Part shown: positions 55,065 through 64,000 of the stretch, piece by piece
Position numbering within the stretch: the first letter of the stretch is position 1
Layout: every line of letters starts with the position of its first letter
DNA from: Candidatus Bathyarchaeia archaeon
GTDB lineage: Archaea > Thermoproteota > Bathyarchaeia > Bathyarchaeales > DTEX01
Assembly: GCA_038882715.1 (NCBI GenBank)
Contig: JAVZNR010000001.1
Location: 14,313 to 78,312 of the forward strand
DNA length: 64,000 nt
Direction: 5' to 3'
Made by a program: the position numbers and the translations under genes
The notes under the pieces: generated by a model
The model's input: the letters and a program-made list of their open reading frames with translations, nothing else
Database searches by the model: none
What the model was told of the DNA's origin: nothing

Positions 55065-56285
55065 GTGAAGGGGAAATTAATGGGGAGAATTGAGGCGGAC
55101 ATAGCCGTAATTGGAGCAGGCCCTTCGGGGCTAATCTCAGCTCGAGAGGCATCCTTAAGAGGCGTTGAAGTCGTTGTTTTTGAGGAGCATGGAGAAGTTG
55201 GGTTGCCATGCCATTGCGCTGGTCTTTTAAGCATAAAAGGCTTGAGAGAAATTAACGTTCCATTGAATGGCTCCTTCGTACTTAACAGGGTTAGAGGCGC
55301 GCGCTTCTTTTCACCATCAAAACTTTCATTTTCAATCGAGAGGAAGGAGCATATAGCTTGCGTTGTCAATCGCCATATCTTTGACCTATTTCTAGCAGAA
55401 CAGGCCTCTAGAAGCGGCGCCACCATAAAGCTGAACTCACGGGTTAAGAGATCGAGGCGCTGCGGGAGCCGATGGATTCTAGATACTGATGGTGAGGCGG
55501 CTGCAAAAATACTTATTGACGCTGAAGGAGCCGCATCAAGGATACTCAGCATGATTGGCTTAAAAACGCTCGATAAAAGCCGCCTTCTAAGCGGTTTACA
55601 AGTAGATTTAGAAGGGGTGGACTTAGACCCGGACTATGTTGAAGTATACTTCAGTAACAAGTTAGCTCCGGGACTATTCGCTTGGGTTATACCTCTGGGC
55701 GAAGATTCCGCAAGGGTTGGCTTAGCGTGTAGAGGATCTGATGTGAGGATGCGACTATACAAGTTTATAAAAAAGCGTTTTGGGGAAGATTTCGAGAATA
55801 AGATGAGAATCCTCAAATTTTATTCGGGCCCAGTCATTACGCAAGGGGCCATTAAGAGAACTTACGGAGACGGCTTACTCGTCGTTGGCGACTCCGCTGG
55901 GCAGGTTAAACCCATAAGTGGGGGCGGCGTAATTTTCGGCGGAATCTGCGCCTCGATAGCTGGAGAGGTCGCCTCTAAGGCTATTATAGAAAGCAATACC
56001 AGTGAAAGTTTCCTAAAAACCTATGAGGTTAAATGGAGGGAGAAGATTGGGAAGGAGCTTAGAACCGCATTATTCGTTAGAAGAATGCTAGATAGGCTTT
56101 CTGATAGGAACTTAGACAAAGTCTTTTCAATAATAATTGAGAAAGAAATTTATAGGGATCTCACTGAGGGAGAAATGGATTTTCATGGAACTCTGATCAT
56201 GAAGACCGCTAGGAGGAGACTTCTCAGCTTTTTTCCAGTGGCAGTTAAAGCCATGATAACGCGTCTAATAATGTTGGGAGAGTAG
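55065..56285 (+). CDS. Geranylgeranyl reductase family FAD oxidoreductase
   Basis: GAGPSG, PCHCAG, PGLFAWVIP, VGDSAGQVKP.SGGG. Confidence 0.85.
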   Translation: MKGKLMGRIEADIAVIGAGPSGLISAREASLRGVEVVVFEEHGEVGLPCHCAGLLSIKGLREINVPLNGSFVLNRVRGARFFSPSKLSFSIERKEHIACVVNRHIFDLFLAEQASRSGATIKLNSRVKRSRRCGSRWILDTDGEAAAKILIDAEGAASRILSMIGLKTLDKSRLLSGLQVDLEGVDLDPDYVEVYFSNKLAPGLFAWVIPLGEDSARVGLACRGSDVRMRLYKFIKKRFGEDFENKMRILKFYSGPVITQGAIKRTYGDGLLVVGDSAGQVKPISGGGVIFGGICASIAGEVASKAIIESNTSESFLKTYEVKWREKIGKELRTALFVRRMLDRLSDRNLDKVFSIIIEKEIYRDLTEGEMDFHGTLIMKTARRRLLSFFPVAVKAMITRLIMLGE

Positions 56286-56348
56286 AAAATTAAATATATG
56301 AGTGAAGCATTACACAAAATATCTGCGCATCCAATTGAGGTGCAAGGA

Positions 56349-56528
56349 TTGAGTAAAAGGCTCGTAATGCCAACCTGCACATCATGCAATAAAATAATTC
56401 CGCCGGGAAACAACGCAACATCGTTCCAATGCCCAAACTGCGGCGAGGTAACCATATGGAGATGCTCTAAATGCCGAAAGTTTAGAAGGCAATACAAGTG
56501 CCCGAACTGTGGTTTTATAGGACCATAA
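56349..56528 (+). CDS. Small zinc-finger protein (DUF1610/HVO_2753-like); TTG start inferred within ORF 56298-56528
   Basis: CTSC, FQCPNCG, RC.KCR, YKCPNCGF.GP. Confidence 0.9.
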   Translation: MSKRLVMPTCTSCNKIIPPGNNATSFQCPNCGEVTIWRCSKCRKFRRQYKCPNCGFIGP

Positions 56529-56694
56529 AAGTTCTTTCATGGAAACTGGTTAATTTTTCCTCGAAGCGCTGAGCTACTATATAATTACATTAATAGGTGT
56601 CTTTTCAAGCCTTTTATACGCTCACGTAACGCTTTTTTAATGAATCAAGCAAAGCTTAGAATGCAGATGGATTTAAAGGTAAGGAGATGAAAAC

Positions 56695-57807
56695 TTGCTC
56701 AGCCCGAGGGAACGCTGCATCAGAAGCATTTTACTTGAAGATCCCGATAGGGTACCCCTCAACCTAAATGTTCGTCCAGAACCCTACAGGGAGCTTAAAA
56801 AGGCTCTAAAAATTGTTGGAAAAGACAGCTTGGATGAGAGACTTAGGGTTAATAAGGCTCTAGGAGTGGATACGGCCAATGTGAGTTTAGGTTTAAAGGG
56901 CGGGTACCTTCCAGAAGGTGTCGAAGTGAAGGAGGGACCCTATGGGCCCGCCTACACCTTGTGCTTTAAGGATGGATTTGAGGTTAGAAAAGACATATGG
57001 GGAGTATGTAGCATATGGGCGCCCAATCACACATACACTTACACCTATATAGATCACCCTTTGAGAAGCATGGATATCGACGAGTATAATTGGCCTGAAA
57101 TCGATGAGAAAACCATAGATTACGCTAAAAAAGCCCGTAAAATATTTGAAGATTACTGCCTATACGGTGGGGTAACCCATCTTTGGGAGATAGCGTGGCA
57201 GTTAACTGGCTTCCAAGAGATGATTAAAATCATGTTTACTGACCCGCGTAAAGTGGACAACATCCTAGATAAACTTCATAGGCTTAGGATGAACGAAGCC
57301 TCGATCCTATGCGAGGTTGGAGCCGACGTAATAGTTGATGGAGACGATGTGGGAACGCAGAGAGGATTAATGATGTCTCCATCAATGTGGAGGCGCTTCC
57401 TTAAGCCAAGATATGCCGAGCTCGCGAGCCTATGCCATAGAAAGGGCGCGTTCTTCTTCTTTCACAGCGATGGGTGGATAGAGCCTATAATACCAGACCT
57501 AATAGAGATAGGCGTGGACATATTAAACCCGATCCAACCGGAATGTATGGATCCATATAGGCTTAAGAAAATGTATGGAGATAAAATATGTTTTGAGGGA
57601 ACTATCGGTGTGCAGAGCACGCTGCCATTCGGTAGGCCAGAGGATGTCGCCCAAGAGGTCAAGAAGCGCATATATGATCTTGGGCCAACAGGTCTCATCT
57701 TAGGTCCAACCCACTCTATACAGCCGGACACCCCGATCGAAAATATTTTAGCGATGTATAGAACAGCGCTGAAATATGGGCAGAATAGTAGGCGACTGAT
57801 TAGCTGA
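56695..57807 (+). CDS. Uroporphyrinogen decarboxylase / MtaA-CmuA methyltransferase family protein
   Basis: GDDVGTQ, FHSDG, LNPIQP, GPTHSIQPDTP.EN. Confidence 0.8.
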   Translation: MLSPRERCIRSILLEDPDRVPLNLNVRPEPYRELKKALKIVGKDSLDERLRVNKALGVDTANVSLGLKGGYLPEGVEVKEGPYGPAYTLCFKDGFEVRKDIWGVCSIWAPNHTYTYTYIDHPLRSMDIDEYNWPEIDEKTIDYAKKARKIFEDYCLYGGVTHLWEIAWQLTGFQEMIKIMFTDPRKVDNILDKLHRLRMNEASILCEVGADVIVDGDDVGTQRGLMMSPSMWRRFLKPRYAELASLCHRKGAFFFFHSDGWIEPIIPDLIEIGVDILNPIQPECMDPYRLKKMYGDKICFEGTIGVQSTLPFGRPEDVAQEVKKRIYDLGPTGLILGPTHSIQPDTPIENILAMYRTALKYGQNSRRLIS

Positions 57808-57827
57808 GATCCAGTTAAGCGTGTAAT

Positions 57828-59051
57828 CTATTCATATCTTAAGGCTACTATAGGCGGTATTTTCGAAGCCCTGTAGGCCGGCAGAATTCCACCTATTAAA
57901 CCTATCGACATTGTGAGCAACATTGTCTGTGTCAGTAGCTCGGATGTTATCTTTGGGCTTAGTGCGAGTGTCAACCCTATGCCTCTTATAGTTAGGCCCC
58001 TAGAAGATAAGAAGTGAGCGCCAATAACGCCAAGCGATATACCAATTGAGCCGCCGATAACGCTCATGACTATGGATTCTAAAAGGATTAGAAGCAGAAT
58101 TTGATTGTTTGTGTAGCCTATGGCTTTCATCACACCTATTTCACGAGTCCTCTCCATAACGGACGTTATCATCGTGGCGGCGATCCCAGCCACAGCTACG
58201 GCGAAAGCTGAGAGCGAGGTTGAAAAGTTTATGAAGTTTATTGCGCCAGTAACGCTTGAGATCGCTTCAGCTATCGCGCTAAACGCTATTACTTGAAGGC
58301 TGTCCTCATATTTCTCCCTCAGGGTTGAAACAGTGCTCCTAACGTACGAGGGATCGCGCGTGAGAACGAATATCCCAGACCAGCTCTTCATCCCCAAAAG
58401 CTTTTTGCCAGCATCAGGGCTTAGGAAAACTGTTGAGTCTGGATCAACTATTAAGGCTCCGCCATATTCCTCTAGAACCGCGCCAATTTTAACATTTATG
58501 TTTCTCTTACCTATGATTCTGTCGCCCTCAATCTTCGGAACCGTTAAAGTTATGACATCGTTAAGTATGAAGAATTGCTCTCCACCATCCTTAAATGCTA
58601 TCTTCTTACCGACTATAGCATTAAGCGTTCCAGAGGGTATATCGCCCTCAAGTATCTCTAGGCTTCCGATAGCCTCGAATAGCAAGTCATAGTCTATGGC
58701 AAATATTGAGACCCTAACTTCTTCAGACCCCCTTTTAAGCAGCCCTTGAGTTGAATAGAAAGGCTCGGCCCTCGCTACTCCCTCCAAAGACTTGATGAAG
58801 TTAAGCTCCTCTTCCCCTAGCCTATAATTTTCTCGTGGAAAGATAGCTATAGCGTTCTGCCCGAGGGAAGTCACCCTTTCAACTATATAGTCAGAGTAGC
58901 TCCTAACAACTGAGCTCATCATAACTAAAACTAGTGGCCCTATAGATATGCCGATTATCGTGAGAATCGCTCTAGCCCTCCTCTCGCTCAGAGCCTTCAG
59001 CGCCAACCTAATGAAATCCAGCAGCATTAGGTAAAGCGCCATATCTATCAC
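57828..59051 (-). CDS. ABC transporter permease (MacB/FtsX-like)
   Basis: R..LTIIGISIG, ERTREIGVMKAIG, PAYRASK..P..ALRYE. Confidence 0.92.
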   Translation of the reverse strand: MIDMALYLMLLDFIRLALKALSERRARAILTIIGISIGPLVLVMMSSVVRSYSDYIVERVTSLGQNAIAIFPRENYRLGEEELNFIKSLEGVARAEPFYSTQGLLKRGSEEVRVSIFAIDYDLLFEAIGSLEILEGDIPSGTLNAIVGKKIAFKDGGEQFFILNDVITLTVPKIEGDRIIGKRNINVKIGAVLEEYGGALIVDPDSTVFLSPDAGKKLLGMKSWSGIFVLTRDPSYVRSTVSTLREKYEDSLQVIAFSAIAEAISSVTGAINFINFSTSLSAFAVAVAGIAATMITSVMERTREIGVMKAIGYTNNQILLLILLESIVMSVIGGSIGISLGVIGAHFLSSRGLTIRGIGLTLALSPKITSELLTQTMLLTMSIGLIGGILPAYRASKIPPIVALRYE

Positions 59052-59056
59052 CTCAA

Positions 59057-62000
59057 CTACACTTTGTTAAGCGATCTGGATCTTAAAGCCCTATAGATGA
59101 GGAGGAACGCGAAGACTAGGAAGGCTATTACCGCACCGATAACGATCCATCGCTCAAATCCTAAGCCCTCCTCTTTTGGCAGCGTCACAGGAGCTTCGGG
59201 CAGCATCTCGACACTAATCAAAAACTCCTTCGAGAATTGCTCATTAAAGGCATCATAGTATTCTATTCTCAAGGTTCCTGTCTCCCCGTATCTTGGGACT
59301 TCCACTTTAAAAGCCATCTCTTCGCCCGGCGTAACATCGCCCACTAAAACGAACCCGCTCATATTTCCTATGTTGAAGGTGGCCCTTACCCTATACGCTG
59401 TAGCTGAACCGTAATTAGCCACCACTCCGGAGACCGTTGACGAGGAGACTTTTCCAGAGGCGCTAATGTCTTTCACTAAGAGATCTATGAACGGTTCAAC
59501 GACAACTGTTATCGTATTATTGAAGCTTCTCAGCGCCCCGCTCGCATCCCTGTAAATCATTGATGTCATCAGGGGAACCGGACCATAAGTTATTATGGTT
59601 GCTCCGCCAGCCTGCGACATAAAGCCGATCGGATTGTATACTAAAGTTATTGGGATTTCGGCTTTACCGCCCGCATCTATTTTTCCAATATATTTAATGG
59701 TGGGAGACGCTATTAGGATCGGCGTCCCCTGATATGGTGAAATAATAGTGTAAACATCGTATAATGGCGATGTCCCAACATTCTCAATTATTAGAGAAGT
59801 GTTTGTGAACCTGCTCCTAACGTTTAAGCTGCCGCTCATATAGATGTTTATATAATGAGCTCTGCCCAACACAACCACCGAAATAACTACTTTAGCCGAC
59901 CTCCTAGTGCCCCACTGATCAATGTAGGAAACTTCGCCTTCAAAGCTGTGAACGCCGAGACTAACATTCAGAACGTTAACGCTTAACATGAAAGTTAATA
60001 TGTCGCCCCTGCTAAACGCTTGTGCTTGACCCGCTTGAAGAGTCCTTAAATATTCACTTATCTGGGCGCCTAAATCTTGGGGGAAGATCTGCTGTGAAAA
60101 CCCGACAAAGCCGGCTGATAGCGGAGATACCCTAGCAAGCGACGAGTTATCTAAGGCGTTAAGGAAGCCTTCTGGAAACTTTACCTCCAGTATGGCGCCC
60201 CTCATACCATCAATATAGTTGTTCCTTACTGAGATGAGTAGGTGCGCACCATAAGTGTTCGGGCCTACGGAGCCTTCATACCACCTCGCGCTGACGAGCT
60301 CTATGGCGTCGCTATCGTCATTAACGCTTATGGTTAAATTGAATTCCTCATAACACCGCATCCCTGGGCCGCCCGATAGCAGCGTGAAGTCTACGGTTAG
60401 CTTTGCCCAGTATTTACCGGGCCTAACATCCCCAACTGATACTGTAAACGACGCTGTGAAGGTGCTTAGGCTTCTAACCGGGCCCTCAATGTAGGTCTTC
60501 GCAACCTTGCCTCCCTGTGAAGACATGTTTCCCGGCAGGTTCAGTTGAAGGATTATGCCGCTTACTGGGAAAGGAGCCCTATTCGCGATCGTCACTTGAT
60601 AGGTTGCGTTATCGGTTCTCGGAAAAACATTATAGTTGCCCTGCCAGCCGGAATAAACTACCATAAGGTTGCTGGACGAAGCCGGATACTCCTCAACAGG
60701 TAAGTATACGCTGAACTCTCTGGTGACGTTTAAGTGAACGCCAAATTCTTCGAACACGTAGCTTACTGAAACGTCAAGTGGAACCTCCCCTGCATCAGCA
60801 TTCACATCAAAATACAGCGTTACAGATGAGCTTGACCCGGGGATAAGCCTAGGTCCTAATGTCTCGGAGCTCTTTATGGGTCTTAACAGGCTTGAGTTCG
60901 CCTCGACGACTCCCCCAACAACATCATATCTACCATCGTTAATGAAGCGCAACGTTAACGGCACATACCGAGACCCGCTGTACACTGGCATTGGATCCGG
61001 TGAACCCCAGTACGCTGAGATAAGCAATACCTCGGGCACGTAGCTATGAGGGGTCTCAACAATAGCCTTAACGCTCAGACTCTGCCTGCCCACGTAGGAT
61101 GCGCCGGAAACTATTTTAACATACGATAAATCCATCGAAATCTCAATTAGCCCCGGCCTAATTCTCGGGGAAACATCAACTGCTATATCTATGAAGCATG
61201 ATCCCCCCGGCGCCATACCATTAGCGTATGTTCCTGACACCTCCCTCACATTAACGTTATTCGGCGGCCGTATCACTATGCTTATCCCGCCTACAGCCTC
61301 TGGAAGCCTATTAACTAGCGTAACCCTAACTGTAACGCCGTTGGCTGAGGGCAGTAGTGGCGCTGGTGAGCCCTGATATAATATTGAGACCGATGAGATT
61401 ATTATCGGATCCTCTCTAGGCGGATCCGAAACCCTGAATTTTACAGTAACTGTACCCGTAGAATTATAATTCACGTTATCATCGGTTCTCATAGCGGCGT
61501 TCACGTAAATTGTGGCGCTATATGCGCCGACCTCGGCGTTTAATGGGACGGATACGCCGGAAAACATTATAGTGAACCTTTCGCCAACATTAACCGCGCC
61601 AACAGAAGCCCTAGGGCTATTTATCACAAAGCCTTCAGGAAGAGCCACATTAAAGCGCGCGGACACTATGTTTGATTCTCCGGAATTCTCCATCAAAACG
61701 TATAGATTCGTGTTAACTGAACCGGGATAGGACGCTGGACTTAAATAAGCATCGATCACGCTGAGACTTAACCTAGGATATTCTGAAACCTCAAACGGCA
61801 CTTCATGTACTTCCCACCGAAGCGCGCTAGCGGTCTCCAGCCGATACGTTATGTTAAGAGATAAAACGTAAACCCCGGGTTCCAGAGACTTGGATACATC
61901 AAGATAGTAGTCAAATGTTATGTATTCGCCCTTCTCAACCTTCAGATCAATCGAGCCGTTAAGCGCCCTAGCCTGTGCCACTGGCCCGCTTCCGGCACTA

Positions 62001-62269
62001 AAATTTATGCCTTCGGCCGTCCTTAAATGGCCATATACGTGGATCGCTGACTCATCGCCGATATATATGGCTTCTATCCTTAAACTAGCTCTTCTGCTTC
62101 CGGGATAGATCTTTAGAGAGCCAGAAGACGACCTCGCAGTAACGCCGATAACTATGAATAGCTCCTCTTGGATTTGATCACTGGAAGCTTCCATTGTAGG
62201 TGGCGTTAACAGTAAGCCTGCTAGCATAAGCAAGGTCAACGTTATGCTAAACAGTTTTTTAGAATTCAT
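59057..62269 (-). CDS. Large secreted, membrane-anchored S-layer-domain (COG1361-like) protein
   Basis: Signal peptide, repeated beta-rich Ig-like modules, C-terminal TM; between ABC ATPase and permease. Confidence 0.75.
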   Translation of the reverse strand: MNSKKLFSITLTLLMLAGLLLTPPTMEASSDQIQEELFIVIGVTARSSSGSLKIYPGSRRASLRIEAIYIGDESAIHVYGHLRTAEGINFSAGSGPVAQARALNGSIDLKVEKGEYITFDYYLDVSKSLEPGVYVLSLNITYRLETASALRWEVHEVPFEVSEYPRLSLSVIDAYLSPASYPGSVNTNLYVLMENSGESNIVSARFNVALPEGFVINSPRASVGAVNVGERFTIMFSGVSVPLNAEVGAYSATIYVNAAMRTDDNVNYNSTGTVTVKFRVSDPPREDPIIISSVSILYQGSPAPLLPSANGVTVRVTLVNRLPEAVGGISIVIRPPNNVNVREVSGTYANGMAPGGSCFIDIAVDVSPRIRPGLIEISMDLSYVKIVSGASYVGRQSLSVKAIVETPHSYVPEVLLISAYWGSPDPMPVYSGSRYVPLTLRFINDGRYDVVGGVVEANSSLLRPIKSSETLGPRLIPGSSSSVTLYFDVNADAGEVPLDVSVSYVFEEFGVHLNVTREFSVYLPVEEYPASSSNLMVVYSGWQGNYNVFPRTDNATYQVTIANRAPFPVSGIILQLNLPGNMSSQGGKVAKTYIEGPVRSLSTFTASFTVSVGDVRPGKYWAKLTVDFTLLSGGPGMRCYEEFNLTISVNDDSDAIELVSARWYEGSVGPNTYGAHLLISVRNNYIDGMRGAILEVKFPEGFLNALDNSSLARVSPLSAGFVGFSQQIFPQDLGAQISEYLRTLQAGQAQAFSRGDILTFMLSVNVLNVSLGVHSFEGEVSYIDQWGTRRSAKVVISVVVLGRAHYINIYMSGSLNVRSRFTNTSLIIENVGTSPLYDVYTIISPYQGTPILIASPTIKYIGKIDAGGKAEIPITLVYNPIGFMSQAGGATIITYGPVPLMTSMIYRDASGALRSFNNTITVVVEPFIDLLVKDISASGKVSSSTVSGVVANYGSATAYRVRATFNIGNMSGFVLVGDVTPGEEMAFKVEVPRYGETGTLRIEYYDAFNEQFSKEFLISVEMLPEAPVTLPKEEGLGFERWIVIGAVIAFLVFAFLLIYRALRSRSLNKV

Positions 62270-63030
62270 GGTTTTTCCTCCTTAGCGCTATGCGGCATCT
62301 TGGCCACGAGGGATTCCTTCTGGTTAGCTTCATACTCACCAACTATTGCTCCATCCCTTATAATATATATTTTCTCCGTGCAGTTCGCAACTTCCGGGTC
62401 ATGTGTCACAACTATTATGGAATGGCCCTCCTTGTTTAAGTTCAGGAAGGTTTCAATAACGGTTCTAGCCGAAGCCCTATCCAAGTTTCCCGTCGGCTCA
62501 TCGGCGAGAATAATAGGCGGGTTGCCGACAATCGCTCTGGCAATAGCGACTCTCTGCTGCTGTCCGCCAGAGAGCTGGTTTGGCTTCTTTCTCAGCCAGC
62601 TTAAATCCCCTCCAACCTTAAATATGGCCTCCTTAACCATCTCAGCCCTAACACTGCGAGGGATTCCTCTAGGTATTAGCGGCAGCTCCACATTTTCGAA
62701 GACCGTCAGCCTATTGATTAAATTGAAGGTTTGAAAGACGAAACCGATTTTCCTGTTCCTTAGGTTAGCGAGATCCCTGTCGCTAAGTTTTGAGACATCC
62801 CTCTCCTCAAAAAATATTCTTCCCTTAGTTGGCCTATCTAGGAGACCAAGCATATTAAGCAGCGTCGTCTTACCTGAGCCTGAAGGCCCCATTATGGCTA
62901 CCAGATCACCCTCATAGACTCTAAAGGTAATTCCTCTAAGGGCCACGGTAGAAAACTCGCCAACCCTATATTCTTTACTAACATCTAGTAGCTCGATTAG
63001 CGCTCTTCTTGAGGTGGCCATCGCTTTCAC
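62266..63030 (-). CDS. ABC transporter ATP-binding protein (LolD/MacB-like)
   Basis: GPSGSGKTT, GFVFQTFNLI, LSGGQQQRVAIARA, ADEPTGNLD, VTHD. Confidence 0.94.
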   Translation of the reverse strand: MKAMATSRRALIELLDVSKEYRVGEFSTVALRGITFRVYEGDLVAIMGPSGSGKTTLLNMLGLLDRPTKGRIFFEERDVSKLSDRDLANLRNRKIGFVFQTFNLINRLTVFENVELPLIPRGIPRSVRAEMVKEAIFKVGGDLSWLRKKPNQLSGGQQQRVAIARAIVGNPPIILADEPTGNLDRASARTVIETFLNLNKEGHSIIVVTHDPEVANCTEKIYIIRDGAIVGEYEANQKESLVAKMPHSAKEEKP

Positions 63031-63073
63031 TCAACGCAGCCGCTTATCTAATCCAGTGGCAGTGCGGAAATTT

Positions 63074-63113
63074 AAATATATTGGAAATCAATATATCGGA
63101 AACCAATATATTT
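63074..63113. promoter_or_regulatory. Tandem palindromic operator (probable PadR site)
   Basis: ATATATTG-N5-CAATATAT (63076-63096) overlapping ATATATCG-N5-CAATATAT (63091-63111); 15-bp period. Confidence 0.7.
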
Positions 63114-63147
63114 ATAGAATAGATTATAATAAGCCTATATAAGGATT

Positions 63148-63744
63148 GTGTCCACCATGACGAAAAGCGAAGAACCTGAGGTAATGAAGGAGCAGTTGAA
63201 AAGAGGTTACCTAAAGCTGGCAATCTTATACACTTTGTTGAGGAGCCCGACACATGGATACGATATGATTAAAAAGATAAGGGAGAGCACGTTCGGCCTA
63301 CTTTCCCCTAAAGCCGGATCCCTTTACCCATCTCTGAAAGAGCTTGAAGATAACGGTTTTATTAGAGGAGAGTGGCATGATGGGAAAAGAAAGGTAAAGG
63401 TTTACACTATAACAGAAAAGGGTAAGGAAGTGTTCAGGGAAGTTATCGAGAAGCACTTTAGCTTAGCCTCAGCGATCAGAAGGTGGCTTTTTGAGAACCT
63501 CGCTCCGATACACCCCATCGGAGATTACAGCGTATCCTCAGAGCTCATGCAGCAAGCATTGAAGATCATACTTTTAGGCGAAAAAGCAACAGTAGAGGAG
63601 AGAATAGGGTTTTTAAAGGATTTTAGGGATGGTCTTAAACGGGTTAATGAAGCGATAGGTAGGCTAATCGCCAACATTGATAGGAGGATAGAAGAGTTAG
63701 AGACTGATTTAAACAAGGGCGCATTGCGGAATGAAAGATTATAA
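63148..63744 (+). CDS. PadR family transcriptional regulator
   Basis: HGYDMIK, GSLYPSLKELE..GFI, RKVKVYTITEKG. Confidence 0.92.
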   Translation: MSTMTKSEEPEVMKEQLKRGYLKLAILYTLLRSPTHGYDMIKKIRESTFGLLSPKAGSLYPSLKELEDNGFIRGEWHDGKRKVKVYTITEKGKEVFREVIEKHFSLASAIRRWLFENLAPIHPIGDYSVSSELMQQALKIILLGEKATVEERIGFLKDFRDGLKRVNEAIGRLIANIDRRIEELETDLNKGALRNERL

Positions 63745-63790
63745 TTAACCTCTAGAATTAAATTCCTGATTAAAACTCGAGGTTTATTTG

Positions 63791-63999
63791 ATGGAGGAGA
63801 AACTAACATATTCGCTTAAACCCGAAGTAATTAGAGCCTATCACAGGCAGGGCTACAGGTTCGCTGGAAAACATCTCCACAGCGCCGTGAAAATATGTCA
63901 GTGGACTAAGGAGAGCCTTAGATCTAATAGGGTCTGCTACAAGGAGCTATGGTATCCGCCAGTACAGAGCCATAGGTGCATGCAAATGACCCCCTATTT
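63791..63999 (+). CDS. taw1: Wyosine biosynthesis radical SAM enzyme Tyw1/Taw1, 5' part (runs off window end)
   Basis: Manual translation MEEKLTYSLKPEVIRAYHRQGYRFAGKHLHSAVKICQWTKESLRSNRVCYKELWYPPVQSHRCMQMTP; HSAVK.C.W.K, CYK, SHRC.QMTP motifs. Confidence 0.85.
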   Translation, partial: MEEKLTYSLKPEVIRAYHRQGYRFAGKHLHSAVKICQWTKESLRSNRVCYKELWYPPVQSHRCMQMTPY

Positions 64000-64000
64000 C

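Noticed and set aside
54935-56694. Inverted repeats marking an invertible segment around GGR/zinc finger
   Set aside because: Only a 6-bp match (GTTACG/CGTAAC) was found, which is not significant.
56695-57807. Evidence for methylotrophic methanogenesis or pyrrolysine recoding
   Set aside because: The UroD/MtaA family is broad; no corrinoid protein, MttB/MtmB or in-frame TAG read-through candidate is adjacent.
1142-63809. Numerous 60-180 aa ORFs antisense or out of frame to clear genes (e.g. 17416-17910, 18836-19237, 35799-36335, 52457-52870, 55055-55552)
   Set aside because: Shadow ORFs fully overlapping well-supported genes, with Ser/Ile/Leu-rich antisense composition and no motifs.
1-63999. 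CRISPR array, rRNA genes, IS transposases
   Set aside because: No regularly spaced 25-40 bp repeats, rRNA-like sequence or transposase motifs were seen by eye.

Overview
Archaeal chromosomal segment of the TACK lineage, most consistent with Bathyarchaeia. This is an inference from L13e/L15e/L37e/S10, aCPSF1, EgsA, SepF, RNase P proteins, Cdc48, EF-1beta, an intron-containing tRNA, frequent TTG/GTG starts and many sugar-catabolic genes. Most of the window is housekeeping genes interleaved with accessory blocks: an oxygen/redox-defence cluster (FprA, TrxB, SOD, rubredoxin, rubrerythrin, Lrp regulator, two ferritin-like proteins, Trx), an Opp-type ABC transporter bracketed by two kinases, sugar-catabolic clusters (GH36, GH78, FGGY kinase/aldolase/SDR, enolase superfamily), one intact and two decayed MNT/HEPN modules, and a PadR-linked ABC/S-layer-domain module with a clear tandem operator. 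The standout is a ~4.3 kb integrated element in the 3' end of initiator tRNA-Met (34790-39148). It carries an intact tyrosine integrase, a divergent wHTH/RHH switch around a palindromic TATA box, small Cys-rich ORFs and a very divergent MCM/BrxL-like AAA+ ATPase. It also has 15-bp inverted arm repeats flanking the reconstructed attP, and an attR missing 4 nt of the T-stem, which probably locks it in place. No CRISPR array, rRNA or IS transposase was seen. All family assignments are by motif recognition, not database search.
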